Source: Candidatus Daviesbacteria bacterium | GTDB taxonomy: Bacteria; Patescibacteriota; Microgenomatia; Daviesbacterales; UBA10151 | Length of the DNA stretch: 64,000 nt | NCBI GenBank assembly: GCA_016187025.1 | Contig: JACPKM010000004.1 | Location: 35,212-99,211 of the forward strand | Direction of reading: 5' to 3' | Shown here: positions 9,401 through 20,932 of the stretch, piece by piece | Numbering within the stretch: position 1 is the first letter of the stretch | How the letters are laid out: the number at the start of each line of letters is the position of its first letter | Made by a program: the position numbers and the translations under genes | The notes under the pieces: model-generated | What the model was told of the DNA's origin: nothing | Database searches by the model: none | Seen by the model: only the letters and a program-made list of their open reading frames with translations

Positions 9401-12400
9401 GCAATGGTCTGGCTATTAATGGCAACCTAGGTATTGGTACCACTTCCACTAATGCCATGTTGGATGTCAGGGGTTCAACCATTATTGCTCCAACCACCAA
9501 TGGTACTACCAATGCCTTAATTGTGAGGGCTGCTCCAGGATCAACAGGCAATATCTTTAATCTAACAGATACAACAGGTTCAACCTCTTACCTTTCTGTC
9601 TCATCAGCCGGGGCCTTAACAGTTGGAGGCTCTACTTTAACAAATTCCGGACTTTTAGCCTCATCCGGAGCCATTAATCTGACCTCTTCTGCCAATGCCA
9701 TTGTAGGTACTGCTGTGGAAGGTGGCTGGACCATGAACTCTAATACTTTCACCTACAGGAGGGTGATGACTGTTGTAAACAATGATGGCTCAAATGCCCT
9801 GCCTTCAAACTATGAAGTGAGTGTCTCTTTATCCGGCTCAACTGCTTCCCAAATCTATTCTAACTCCCAGACAGACTATGATGATTTCAGGATAGCTTAC
9901 TCTACCAATGGCACAACTTTTACAGAAGTTACCAGAAATGTTTCATCCTTTACTTCCTCATCTGTTGCTTTCACCTTCCAAACCCAGGCCTCTATTGCAG
10001 CCTCCGGTTCTACCTCAAACTATTACATCTATTACAAAAACTCTTCTTTAACATGCTCATCCTGTACATATACCGGTAATGTGCAGCTGGATTCTATGGA
10101 TTCATCTGTTGGATCCTGGACTAGTGCTGATACCACTCAGTTTCCCTTAGCTCAGGAAACAGCCTCTATCTATACAGAAGGCACAGGTTCTTTAAAAGCC
10201 TCAGGGACTGTTGATAATATCGGGACTTTCTCAACCACCAACCAAAATGCCCTCTCCGGCGCCAGGACTAACTTTGGATTTAATGCCTCCAGTATTGGAG
10301 GAACTACTTATCTATATGCAGTCGGAGGTTCAACAGACGGAACAGCAGGCAATGCCCAGTCAACTGTATTTAGGACCTCAGCTGCAGCAGCCACCGGCCA
10401 TGTAGCTGCTTGGACAACTAACTCAAACTCTATCTCTGAGGCAAGATTAGATAACTCTGTAGCAGTAGCTACACCACCAGTTGATGGGGGAGATGGAACT
10501 GATGGGGCTATTGATTTAACTAATGGTTCTGGTGCAGGAGGATGTACAGGCACAGGACTTTCCTGGAGTGGATCTACCTGTACTATTGCCACAGCTACCA
10601 AATCTACCTTTAACTTTACAACAATTAATATTCCTTCTGGAACCACTCTAACCACAGATGGGCCAAAAACTACCACAAACTTTGTCACTATTAAAGCAAC
10701 TGGTAACGTAACTGTAGCTGGAACCATTAATTTAGCAGGAAAAGGGTATAGCGCACCTGTAAGCGGCCAAACCGCAGGAAGAGGTCCGGGAGGAGGGGCT
10801 TGTAGCTCATGTCAAGCTGCAGGAGGCGCCGGCCATGGGGGTGCTGGTGGTCAAGGTGGAGGTTACTCTGCTAGAACAGCAGCTGGTGCAACATATACTA
10901 CAGATGATTCTGGTAGCTCAGGCGCAACAGGGCAGGGCGGTGTCGGAGGAGCTGGCGGAGGAGGAATAAAAATTTCAAGCGGGGGTACAGTTATTGTATC
11001 AGGAACAATAAATACCAATGGTTCTAGTGGAACTGGTGATAGCAATACTGGAAGTGGAGGTGGAAGTGGGGGGAGGATTGCATTACAAGGAGGTACTCTT
11101 ACGATTAGCGGATCATTAACTGCAAATGGTGGAAACGGGGCAGATGGCACTCCTTCTGTAAATTATGGAGGGGGAGGTGGAGGTGGAGGAAGGATCACCT
11201 TTGAGTATTCAGGATCTGCCGATACCACTGGTTCAACAATAACTGTAACGGGGGGTAATGGAGGCGCTGGAACATGGACAGCAACTGCTTCAGGCACAGC
11301 TGGTTCTTCAGGAACAAATACATCAACGGCCTCAAGCCCTACTTTGTATGTATTAGGTGGTAAAAATACTTCAGGGACTGCACAGTCCGGGATATCTCAG
11401 GGGACTGTTTCTTCATCAGATGGGTCAGTGGGGGCATTTTCTGCTTCAGGTACTTCTTTATCCCAAGCACTTTATGGGCATACATCTAATGCAATCACCA
11501 TCAGTACTACTAATTATCTGTATGTAATTGGCGGTAATAATGGCACTACTGACCAGACCACTGTCTACAAAGGCTCTTTTTCCGATGCCAATATTTCCTC
11601 TTTTACCACCACTTCCCAGACCCAACTTAGTACAGGTATTTCCTATCATGCTGTGGCAACAGGGAGTATCTCATCAACTAATTATCTTTGGGTAATTGGC
11701 GGGTTAAATGGTTCTACTGCCCAGAGTACAGTTTACAAAGGTACATTTGATGCATCAGGAAACTTAACTTTAACTACCACCTCACAAAATGCTTTGCCCC
11801 AGGGGTTATATGGCCATCAGGCTATCTTTGCCACAGTTGGCTCTAATAACTATCTTTATGTTTATGGCGGGATAACCACAGGCGGGACCAGGCAGACCAC
11901 TGTTTACAAAGCAAGTGTAGATGCATCAGGGAATGTTGGTGCATGGAGTACAGTCGGCCAGACACAGCTATCCACAGCCATCTCCAACTTTGGAGCCTTT
12001 AACTTTACAGATTCTGATTCTAATCAGTATGCATATATAGTTGGCGGTAATACCGGTACTGCCCAAACTGCTGTTACTAAAGCTTCATATTCACCAATTG
12101 ACCAGACAGGCTATTCTGCCTCAAGGACTATTACCTCCAGTAACTGGTCAAACAAAAATGATTTGCAGTACAAAGTCTATTCCTCCAGGACAGGCTCATA
12201 TATGGTGCTGGAATACTCAGAAGATGGTTCTACCTGGCAGACCTGTACCTTTACAGTGTCTAGTGCCAATACCTGGGAAACCAAGACCTGTGATCTGACA
12301 GGTGTGGCTACCACAGGCAGGGATGCTGTGACTAATTTAAGGTTAAGAGTCACCTCCTCAACTACCACTGCCTGGACAGCTTATGTTGATGATATTAATG

Positions 12401-14718
12401 CTGTTACCAATGCCTCAACTATCTCAAACACTGCCTCATCAGGATCTCCACTTTCAGGTGCAGCCAATCTAACCTTAAATGCCCAGGGTACAGGATTAAT
12501 TTTACTAAACTATGATGCAACATCAGGTCTGGCAGGCACCGGAGGATTGGCACTTTACAACGGCGGCACCAGCCCGCTATTTTCTGTAGACAGTAGTGGC
12601 AATGTGGGTATTGGCACTACCTATATATCAGCCAAACTTCAGGTTAAAGGTGCAGGCACCGGAACCGGAATATCATTTATCACTGCAGACTCAAATGGAT
12701 TACACCGCTTTGCCATACTGGATAATGGTAATGTGGGTATTGGTACAACTAATCCATTATCCACTTTCCACATTGGTACAGGGTTGGCCATTGGTTCTAA
12801 CACTTTATCTTTCTCAACCTCAACAGGCAGACTAGGTATTGGTACAACATCTCCCGGTGCCACCTTAGGTATTACAGGTAATCTAGGTATTGGGGCCTCA
12901 TTTGCCAATTCAGCTGCTCCATCATTTGGTTTAGCAGTGCAGGGTAATGTAGGTATCGGGACAACCTCTCCTGATTACCCCTTACATGTCATAGGTAATG
13001 TAGGAATAGGCAGTAGTTTAACTGTGACAGGATTAGGTGTGTTAAATGGTGGCCTGCAAACAACCAATATTAATGCTACTTCTTTAACCACCTCAGGAAA
13101 TGTGGGAGTTGGTGGATCAATCACCGGCTTTGGGGCATTAAATGGCTTAAATGTTACAGGGTTAACAAGTTTAGCAGGGCTAAACGCCAGTGGTAATGTA
13201 GGTATTGGCTCTTCATTAACAGTTACTGGTCTTTCGGTATTAAATGGTGGAATAGCTGCTCCAACGCTATCTTTAACAAACTTGACCTCAGGTGGAGCAT
13301 TGTTTACCGGTCCTAATGGGTTAGTATCACAAAATATACCAAACTACTACTGGGATAATACCAATAACAGATTAGGGATTGGTACCTCTGCACCAGGTTC
13401 TCAGTTGGCGATAATCGGTAATGTAGGTATTGGTACCTCTGGGGCAGGGGCTGCTTTACAGGTTAATGGAGGAGGATTATTTGGCTGGGGGACTGCATCT
13501 ACTGCCCTGTCATCCGGGGCTATATTGGGGGTTAATGGAAATGTGGGTATTGGTACTACCTCTCCTACAGCTTTGTTACAGGTCCAGGGGAGCGGTAGCA
13601 TGCCTTCCTTGCTGGTAACTTCCGGTGGAAATATAGGGATAGGGACTTCTGTGACATCAAACCCCATCACTGTTGGCACAGACGGCTCAACCGGTAATGG
13701 GGCATATCTGTCTACAGGAGGAACGTGGACAAATGGGTCATCCTTTGAATTTAAAGAAAACTTTGAATCTTTAAATAACTTGGATATTCTATCAAAGATT
13801 ATTGAGTTAGATATATCTTCTTGGAACTATAAACTGGAACCGGGCATAAAACACATTGGGCCTGTGGCTGAGCAGTTTTACTCTGTGTTTGGACTGGGAA
13901 ATGATAATAAACATATCTCAACCATTGATCCAGCAGGTATAGCACTGTTAGGAATACAAGGCTTGTCAGGACAGATTAATGATTTAAGAATAAGACTTAA
14001 TGAATCCACCCCTTCTGCCAAGCTATCTTTGGAAGATAAAATAGCTTCACTTGAGGCCAGGATCAAGAATCTGGAATCAAAAGAAGGTACATCTTCTGCA
14101 GAGGCCACATCATCTGCTCAGGAGTCTTCCGCTTCTGCGCTCTTGGCTCAAAGCCCTCAGCTTACCTTAACTCCTCCTGATGTATTACTTGCAACAGGTT
14201 CTGCTACTTTGGCAAATCTAGCTGTTACTTCTGAAGCAACTTTTTCAGGTAAACTTGCAGCATATAACCTAAATGTCTCTGAATCATTTAAAGTATTCGG
14301 GGAAACTTCTCTTGGTAAAACCAGTATTGCGGGGGATGTAAATATAGATGGAACTATGAATATCAATGGTAATTCTTTGTCAGTGATTGGCACACTTTTT
14401 ATACAAAACAGTCCATTTTCCAAGGATATAGATTTGTTTAATGGTAAAGTAAAAATAGATAATACGGGTAATTTAACTGTTCAAAAACTTACAGTTTCCC
14501 AAAAGACCTTGGGGACAGTGACAATTCCTGCAGGGCAGAATCAATTTACAATTTACAATTTACAATTTACAAATAAATCCAAAGTATTTGTGACTCCTGA
14601 AAAACCGGTGGCAATTGGGGTCAGCAAAGACGCTGCCAACTCCCAATTTACTATCCAATTAGACAAAGCCCAAAGCAGTGATTTGAAAGTAGACTGGTGG
14701 ATCGTAGATGTTGAGTGA
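6478..14718 (+). CDS. giant (2746 aa) membrane-anchored fibre-like surface protein with an intein
   Basis: Single long ORF with an N-terminal TM anchor and many GN(V/L)GIGTTSP..L.V.G repeats. It carries an intein (7993-8955), a Gly-rich beta-helix-like region (~10740-11290), 5-6 Kelch-like Y.YV.GG...T.VYK repeats (~11500-12100), a C-terminal peptidase-S74/intramolecular-chaperone-like segment (FKENFESLNNLDILSKIIELDISSWNYKLEPGIKHIGPVAEQFYSVFGLG..., ~13740-14000) and a coiled coil. Confidence 0.85.
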   Translation: MNFLTAFRKRVFSFFLNHRLSLSKPQQIVLIATTGLLMTSAAALGVREMLIQSQTSLKAQPESKDVLAATSERLRLTGNISFNLPASFNDLIKLKSGQVVEGVSVFKGAVKFEGDVQSLEIENGTITASTITASNLVYSLTAGDGISVTTGQSPTVKNTGVLSLQSKTGALKLEEGTDITIDGLKITDKSTLSTVYSRGGCSSCITDADVAAGLTISGGTVDNSPIGATTASTGAFTTLTASSTLAVTGNLSAAAQVLGKNGSASSPSYSFTNDTDTGIYRFGANSLGIITGGSATSGLTIDSSGNVGIGTTSPSSGLDVVGSANISGSLTVLGNLIAASSGTSGYWQRSGTTISPSTSGDAITTSGNISTSGSGTITSNSLLTASNGLTLTTGALNLTSTSGQANLALTGNTNAFSINGLFGVDTTSNRVGIGTTAPTTALQVLGGNVGIGTSGAGAALQVNGGGLFGWGTASSALSSGAILGVNGNVGVGTTSPIGALHVVGQCVARGTRIRKRRKGSRGKGEDEWEDVPVEDIKPDDEVLSLNDTTGEWEWHKVEKTLNKGIQETIKIVTQSGKWIETTDEHPYLTIEKDIKPLPESGKFEVDLSTRMEKNADTFVAIANNKAAAVIKVSVKDKQSLKKLFAKSPRLFAPTLYALCIIEIIKKGKISPSQLKIDTDYLGYERRIEKLIHNFYPEIVITFAEVGHGIGSYADRAVYQAFSQKKKTGAGLNLYGFPTAEWLHHDWLHGSATHTVLTSKAYHKFTDLSMASAVWKKVKHLKPGDVIATSAGWEKVQNIYSTGRKQTYDLQIEGTHNFVGNDIVAHNTYISGNLGIGVSSPTSFALQVAGNIGPNVDNSYDLGSTSNRWRTLHVGPGSVVVHNDAADTLKATLGFTGSTAQLITDSSSPLQLVTGTNNLGLYLNTSGNVGIGKTNPNSALNVIGNVGIGTSGAGAALQVNGGVVLGWGTASVAAPSNGLAINGNLGIGTTSTNAMLDVRGSTIIAPTTNGTTNALIVRAAPGSTGNIFNLTDTTGSTSYLSVSSAGALTVGGSTLTNSGLLASSGAINLTSSANAIVGTAVEGGWTMNSNTFTYRRVMTVVNNDGSNALPSNYEVSVSLSGSTASQIYSNSQTDYDDFRIAYSTNGTTFTEVTRNVSSFTSSSVAFTFQTQASIAASGSTSNYYIYYKNSSLTCSSCTYTGNVQLDSMDSSVGSWTSADTTQFPLAQETASIYTEGTGSLKASGTVDNIGTFSTTNQNALSGARTNFGFNASSIGGTTYLYAVGGSTDGTAGNAQSTVFRTSAAAATGHVAAWTTNSNSISEARLDNSVAVATPPVDGGDGTDGAIDLTNGSGAGGCTGTGLSWSGSTCTIATATKSTFNFTTINIPSGTTLTTDGPKTTTNFVTIKATGNVTVAGTINLAGKGYSAPVSGQTAGRGPGGGACSSCQAAGGAGHGGAGGQGGGYSARTAAGATYTTDDSGSSGATGQGGVGGAGGGGIKISSGGTVIVSGTINTNGSSGTGDSNTGSGGGSGGRIALQGGTLTISGSLTANGGNGADGTPSVNYGGGGGGGGRITFEYSGSADTTGSTITVTGGNGGAGTWTATASGTAGSSGTNTSTASSPTLYVLGGKNTSGTAQSGISQGTVSSSDGSVGAFSASGTSLSQALYGHTSNAITISTTNYLYVIGGNNGTTDQTTVYKGSFSDANISSFTTTSQTQLSTGISYHAVATGSISSTNYLWVIGGLNGSTAQSTVYKGTFDASGNLTLTTTSQNALPQGLYGHQAIFATVGSNNYLYVYGGITTGGTRQTTVYKASVDASGNVGAWSTVGQTQLSTAISNFGAFNFTDSDSNQYAYIVGGNTGTAQTAVTKASYSPIDQTGYSASRTITSSNWSNKNDLQYKVYSSRTGSYMVLEYSEDGSTWQTCTFTVSSANTWETKTCDLTGVATTGRDAVTNLRLRVTSSTTTAWTAYVDDINAVTNASTISNTASSGSPLSGAANLTLNAQGTGLILLNYDATSGLAGTGGLALYNGGTSPLFSVDSSGNVGIGTTYISAKLQVKGAGTGTGISFITADSNGLHRFAILDNGNVGIGTTNPLSTFHIGTGLAIGSNTLSFSTSTGRLGIGTTSPGATLGITGNLGIGASFANSAAPSFGLAVQGNVGIGTTSPDYPLHVIGNVGIGSSLTVTGLGVLNGGLQTTNINATSLTTSGNVGVGGSITGFGALNGLNVTGLTSLAGLNASGNVGIGSSLTVTGLSVLNGGIAAPTLSLTNLTSGGALFTGPNGLVSQNIPNYYWDNTNNRLGIGTSAPGSQLAIIGNVGIGTSGAGAALQVNGGGLFGWGTASTALSSGAILGVNGNVGIGTTSPTALLQVQGSGSMPSLLVTSGGNIGIGTSVTSNPITVGTDGSTGNGAYLSTGGTWTNGSSFEFKENFESLNNLDILSKIIELDISSWNYKLEPGIKHIGPVAEQFYSVFGLGNDNKHISTIDPAGIALLGIQGLSGQINDLRIRLNESTPSAKLSLEDKIASLEARIKNLESKEGTSSAEATSSAQESSASALLAQSPQLTLTPPDVLLATGSATLANLAVTSEATFSGKLAAYNLNVSESFKVFGETSLGKTSIAGDVNIDGTMNINGNSLSVIGTLFIQNSPFSKDIDLFNGKVKIDNTGNLTVQKLTVSQKTLGTVTIPAGQNQFTIYNLQFTNKSKVFVTPEKPVAIGVSKDAANSQFTIQLDKAQSSDLKVDWWIVDVE
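7993..8955 (+). other. intein (321 aa) inserted in the giant surface protein; +1 extein residue Thr
   Basis: Starts with Cys (CVARGTRIR...), has block B TDEHPYL, and C-terminal blocks F/G TYDLQIEGTHNFVGNDIVAHN followed by Thr. The flanking exteins continue the NVGIGTTSP repeat pattern. The central ~200 aa has no LAGLIDADG or HNH motifs that I can see. Confidence 0.8.
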
Positions 14719-14790
14719 AATCGAAACATCGTAGATAGTGAGCCTTAGTCGAACTATTGTAGATACTGAGTGAAACTGAAGCCTCTCTCA
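14696..14790 (+). repeat. three direct repeats of (A)TCGTAGAT(G/A)(T/C)TGAGTGAAA spanning the giant-gene stop and the atp-operon upstream region
   Basis: atcgtagatgttgagtgaaa (14701-14720), catcgtagatagtgagcc (14727-14744) and attgtagatactgagtgaaact (14756-14777). Confidence 0.5.
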
Positions 14791-14795
14791 AGTTC

Positions 14796-14824
14796 TTGCT
14801 AATGCTGTAGAAATTACCTATATT
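14796..14824 (+). promoter_or_regulatory. candidate sigma70-like promoter upstream of the c-like/atp operon
   Basis: TTGCTA (14796-14801), a 17-nt spacer, then TATATT (14819-14824). The ATG lies only 9 nt downstream, so the leader is very short. Confidence 0.3.
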
Positions 14825-14833
14825 AAATAATAG

Positions 14834-15637
14834 ATGAAAAAACTGCCCATTTTAATATTTGCTGCAATACTTGTTTTCTCCATTGTTTTTCCTGTATTTG
14901 CTCAGGAAGAGCAGGAACAAGAGGCAACAGGGTCATCAGATGCCTCCATGGGGGTTGCAAATTATTTGGTTATTGAAGGGGATGTGAGGCCTGGAAATAT
15001 TATTTGCTCTGCAAGTAATGGGTATTCACTGTGTGATGAAGCCTATGATTCCAGTATGCTGGGGGTAGTGGCAGAAAATCCAGCAGTGTCTTTTAATTTA
15101 ACAGGTTCAGATGAGTCTTCTCATCCTGTTATCTCCTCAGGCACAACTTATGTTTTAGTAAATAGTGAAGGCGGAGAAATTAAAAAAGGAGATTTAATAA
15201 CTACATCTGCTACAAACGGCGTTGGAACAAAAGCTTCCAAAAGCGGTTTTGTTCTGGGCTCTGCCATTGAAGGTTTTAATCCCGGTAAACCAACAGATTC
15301 AGGGACAATCGCAGTTTCACTGTATATGCACTACAGCAACCTCCAATCTGCAAAAGTTCAAGGCCAGCTGCAGGATGTATTTAAGCTAAGCGCCATTGCT
15401 GCTACAGAATCTCCCAGTGAAGTTTTTAAATACTTTTTGGCAGGGCTTGTAATCATGTCTTCTGTGGCAGCAGGGCTTTATACCTTTGGCAGGACAGCCA
15501 GCAGGGGTTTGGAGGCTTTAGGCAGAAATCCGATGGCCCAAAGAATCATTCAGATGGGGATTGCCATGAATGTGGTATTGACTGTAGCGATAGTTAGTGC
15601 AGGAGTAGTGATAGCCTATTTCATCTTACGGCTTTAA
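14834..15637 (+). CDS. atypical ATP-synthase c-subunit-like protein: signal peptide + ~180-aa extracytoplasmic domain + C-terminal c-type TM hairpin
   Basis: N-terminus MKKLPILIFAAILVFSIVFPVFA|QEE. The C-terminal 70 aa (LAGLVIMSSVAAGLYTFGRTASRGLEALGRNPMAQRIIQMGIAMNVVLTVAIVSAGVVIAYFIL) align with the F/V-type c subunit helix-loop(R-N/Q-P)-helix. The gene sits first in the alpha-gamma-beta-epsilon operon. There is no Asp/Glu at the helix-2 position 18 residues after the loop Pro. Confidence 0.5.
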   Translation: MKKLPILIFAAILVFSIVFPVFAQEEQEQEATGSSDASMGVANYLVIEGDVRPGNIICSASNGYSLCDEAYDSSMLGVVAENPAVSFNLTGSDESSHPVISSGTTYVLVNSEGGEIKKGDLITTSATNGVGTKASKSGFVLGSAIEGFNPGKPTDSGTIAVSLYMHYSNLQSAKVQGQLQDVFKLSAIAATESPSEVFKYFLAGLVIMSSVAAGLYTFGRTASRGLEALGRNPMAQRIIQMGIAMNVVLTVAIVSAGVVIAYFILRL

Positions 15638-15639
15638 TT

Positions 15640-17096
15640 ATGGATAAGTTTAAAAAATATCAAAATCACTATTTGGGTCAAGTTGTTGAGATTAAGTTTC
15701 CCTTGGTAAAGGTTGCAAACTTAGTAGGAGCATCTTTAAATGAAATAGTAGTATTTGAGAGAAATCAGGCAGGTCAAATCTATAGTCTGGAAGATCATAC
15801 AGCAGAGGTGTTGGTTTTTGATAAGCGCCCGGTAACCACAGGCTCAAAGGTTGCTTTAACAGGAGAAAAGAGCCGTATACCTGTTGGAAACCAGCTGTTG
15901 GGTGAGTTAATTGATCCTTTAGGAAACCTTTTAAAAAAACGCAGGTCTTATAAAAGACCTAAGCAGTTTTACCCATTGGAAGTAAGGCCCTTGGGAATTG
16001 GAAAAAGAGCCAGAATAAAGCAACCCTTTGTAACTGGTGTATCAATGGTCGATCTTCTAGTACCGCTGGGCAAAGGTCAAAGAGAGCTTATCTTAGGTGA
16101 TAGAAAAACCGGTAAAAGCTCCTTTTTAATATCCATTGTTAAAGGACAGCTTATACTGGAAAAAAACCCTCCAGTTGTAATTTATGCCTGCATTGGCAAA
16201 AGAAAAAGTGAAATCAAAGCTTTGGAAGAATATTTTAGCAAAGAAGGGTTAATGGAGAAAATGGTCATGGTGGCAACAAGCTCTTTAGATTCACCCAGCT
16301 TGATTTATTTAACTCCGTTTTCTGCTATGGCTGTTGCTGAGTATTTCAGGGATTTAGGAAAAGATGTGTTAGTAATTATGGATGATTTATCAACTCATGC
16401 CAAATTTTATAGAGAGATTTCTCTTCTTGCCAGACGCTTTCCAGGCAGGGATTCCTATCCTGGGGACATTTTCTACACCCATGCCAGGCTTTTGGAAAGA
16501 GCAGGTAATTTTAAAGTAGGGAGTAGAGAAGTATCTATTACCTGCTTGCCTGTTGCAGAGACCATGGAAGGGGATTTAACAGGTTATATCACTACCAACT
16601 TAATGGGTGTTACAGATGGGCATATCTTTTTTGACTCAAACGTTTTTTACAAAGGCAGAAGACCTGCGATTAATGTTCCTTTGTCTGTGACCAGGGTTGG
16701 TAAACAGACTCAAAATAAACTGGAGCAGTCAATCTCTGGGGCAATTTATGAGTTTTTAAACAAATACGAAACAGCTATAAACTTGTCCCACTTTGGGGCA
16801 GAATTGTCTGATGAGACAAGAAAAAATCTTATTCTGGGGGAAAAACTTGCTCAATTTTTTGACCAGCCTTATTCACTTTCTTTGCGGGAAGAGTTGCAAA
16901 TTCTGCTGCTTTCTTTAATCTGGCTTGGACTGGTAGGAGATGATCCGGTATTTCCAGTTTCAATCTGCAAGATAAACTTAATTAAGAACTTTGAAAAACC
17001 CCATATTAAAACACTTATCTTATCAGTTATCAGCGCTGATGATTTTGATAGTTTACTAGATAACATTGCAAAGAAAAAAGAGGAGCTTATAATTTT

Positions 17097-17112
<16 letters not shown>
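15640..17112 (+). CDS. atpA: F-type ATPase alpha subunit
   Basis: Strong similarity to alpha: GDRKTGKSS P-loop, ...ISLLARRFPGRDSYPGDIFYTHARLLERAG. Confidence 0.9.
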
Positions 17113-19613
<2,501 letters not shown>

Positions 19614-19616
19614 GCT

Positions 19617-20501
19617 TTAGACACTGGTTAAATCCAGTTTCACTCCAGCACCCATGGTGGGTGAAAGGGTTAGTTTTTTGACTCTGGTTTTTCCAACAGT
19701 TTGTACCAGTGTTTTTATATTTGCAGCAATCTCTTCACTTGCCTGATCCACTTTGCCAACAGATAAATGCAGCACAGCAGCTTTATTCTCGGTCTTGTAT
19801 TCAGTTTTACCAGCTTGGAAGCTTGCAACAGCCTTTTTTAATCCGTCAGCTGACGGACTTGTAATGGTGCCGTTTTTAGGATTTGGCATAAGGCCTCTTG
19901 GGCCTAAAATCCGGGCTACTTTAGCAAGCTTTGGCATCCATTCAGGGGTTGTTACTATGATGTCAAAATCTACCTTACCTTTATTAATCTCCTCAATTAC
20001 CCCATCTGTTCCTGCTGTATCTGCACCGGACTGATCTGCATCTTTACCAAAAGCTAAAATTCTCAGTTTTTTACCAGCTGTAAAGGGAAGTGAAACCAGA
20101 CCTCTGATCCCAGTTTTGTCAGTGTTAATATGAGCTTCCATGGTTGCGCTAAATTTAGTATATGAGGATTTTTTGACTAGCTCAATAGCTTGCCCAACAG
20201 GATAAAACTTGGTTTTATCTATCTCAGCTGTGGCTTCTTGATATTTTTTTGATCTAACCTTTTTGGATATAGGTACTTTAGATTTGGCTTTCTTTTTGGT
20301 TTCTGGTTTTTCTTCTTTTTCTTGCTCCGTAGTCTGTTTGACCTCTTTTTTCTGAGGTGTTTGCTCCTCAACCCCTAGTTCTGCATTAATTTTGGCAATT
20401 AAATCCTCTCCTGGTTTTTGTTCAGGTTTTTTGCTTTCTGTTTTCTTGACTTCTTTTTGAGGAAGGGAATCATCTATAACAATAGTCTTTGTTTTACCCA
20501 C
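19617..20501 (-). CDS. rplA: 50S ribosomal protein L1 with a ~95-aa Lys/Glu-rich N-terminal extension
   Basis: C-terminal 200 aa is typical L1 ([18 protein letters not shown]...[17 protein letters not shown]...). The N-terminus is a low-complexity KE-rich tail. Confidence 0.93.
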   Translation of the reverse strand: MGKTKTIVIDDSLPQKEVKKTESKKPEQKPGEDLIAKINAELGVEEQTPQKKEVKQTTEQEKEEKPETKKKAKSKVPISKKVRSKKYQEATAEIDKTKFYPVGQAIELVKKSSYTKFSATMEAHINTDKTGIRGLVSLPFTAGKKLRILAFGKDADQSGADTAGTDGVIEEINKGKVDFDIIVTTPEWMPKLAKVARILGPRGLMPNPKNGTITSPSADGLKKAVASFQAGKTEYKTENKAAVLHLSVGKVDQASEEIAANIKTLVQTVGKTRVKKLTLSPTMGAGVKLDLTSV

Positions 20502-20922
20502 TTACTTTTACCCCCATTGATCTTGCTGTGCCTTCCACAATCTTCATGGCAGCCTCAACTGAGTTGGCATTCAAATCCGGCATCTTGGCTTTGGCTATTT
20601 CCTCAACTTGAGCCTTAGAAAGTGTGCCTACAGGTTCTTTTAAAGCCTTTCCTGAACCTTTTTCAAGTTTTAATGCTTTTTTGATCATTTCAGCAATAGG
20701 AGGCTCTTTGGTAATAAAAGAAAAAGTTCTGTCTTCATAGACAGTTACCACAACAGGCAAAATTGAGCCTTGCTTGTCTTTGGTTTTTTCATTAAAGCTT
20801 TTAACAAAGTCCATTATTGGCAGGCCGTGTTGACCCAAAGCAGGACCAATAGGAGGAGCAGCAGTTGCTTGTCCTGCTGGTGCATTTAACTTAATGTATG
20901 TCTTTATTTTTTTCTGAGCCAT
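20494..20922 (-). CDS. rplK: 50S ribosomal protein L11
   Basis: [29 protein letters not shown]... is a canonical L11 sequence. Confidence 0.95.
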   Translation of the reverse strand: MAQKKIKTYIKLNAPAGQATAAPPIGPALGQHGLPIMDFVKSFNEKTKDKQGSILPVVVTVYEDRTFSFITKEPPIAEMIKKALKLEKGSGKALKEPVGTLSKAQVEEIAKAKMPDLNANSVEAAMKIVEGTARSMGVKVSG

Positions 20923-20932
20923 ATTAGTTAGG

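Noticed and set aside
6654-14423. Many 60-180-aa antisense ORFs inside the giant gene (e.g. 7686-8222 -, 9051-9551 -, 10308-10727 -, 10863-11150 -, 13401-13679 -)
   Set aside because: These are artefacts of the repetitive GGN/ACN-rich codon pattern of the sense strand. Their translations are Pro/Val-rich low complexity. The sense ORF is continuous and has real domain structure.
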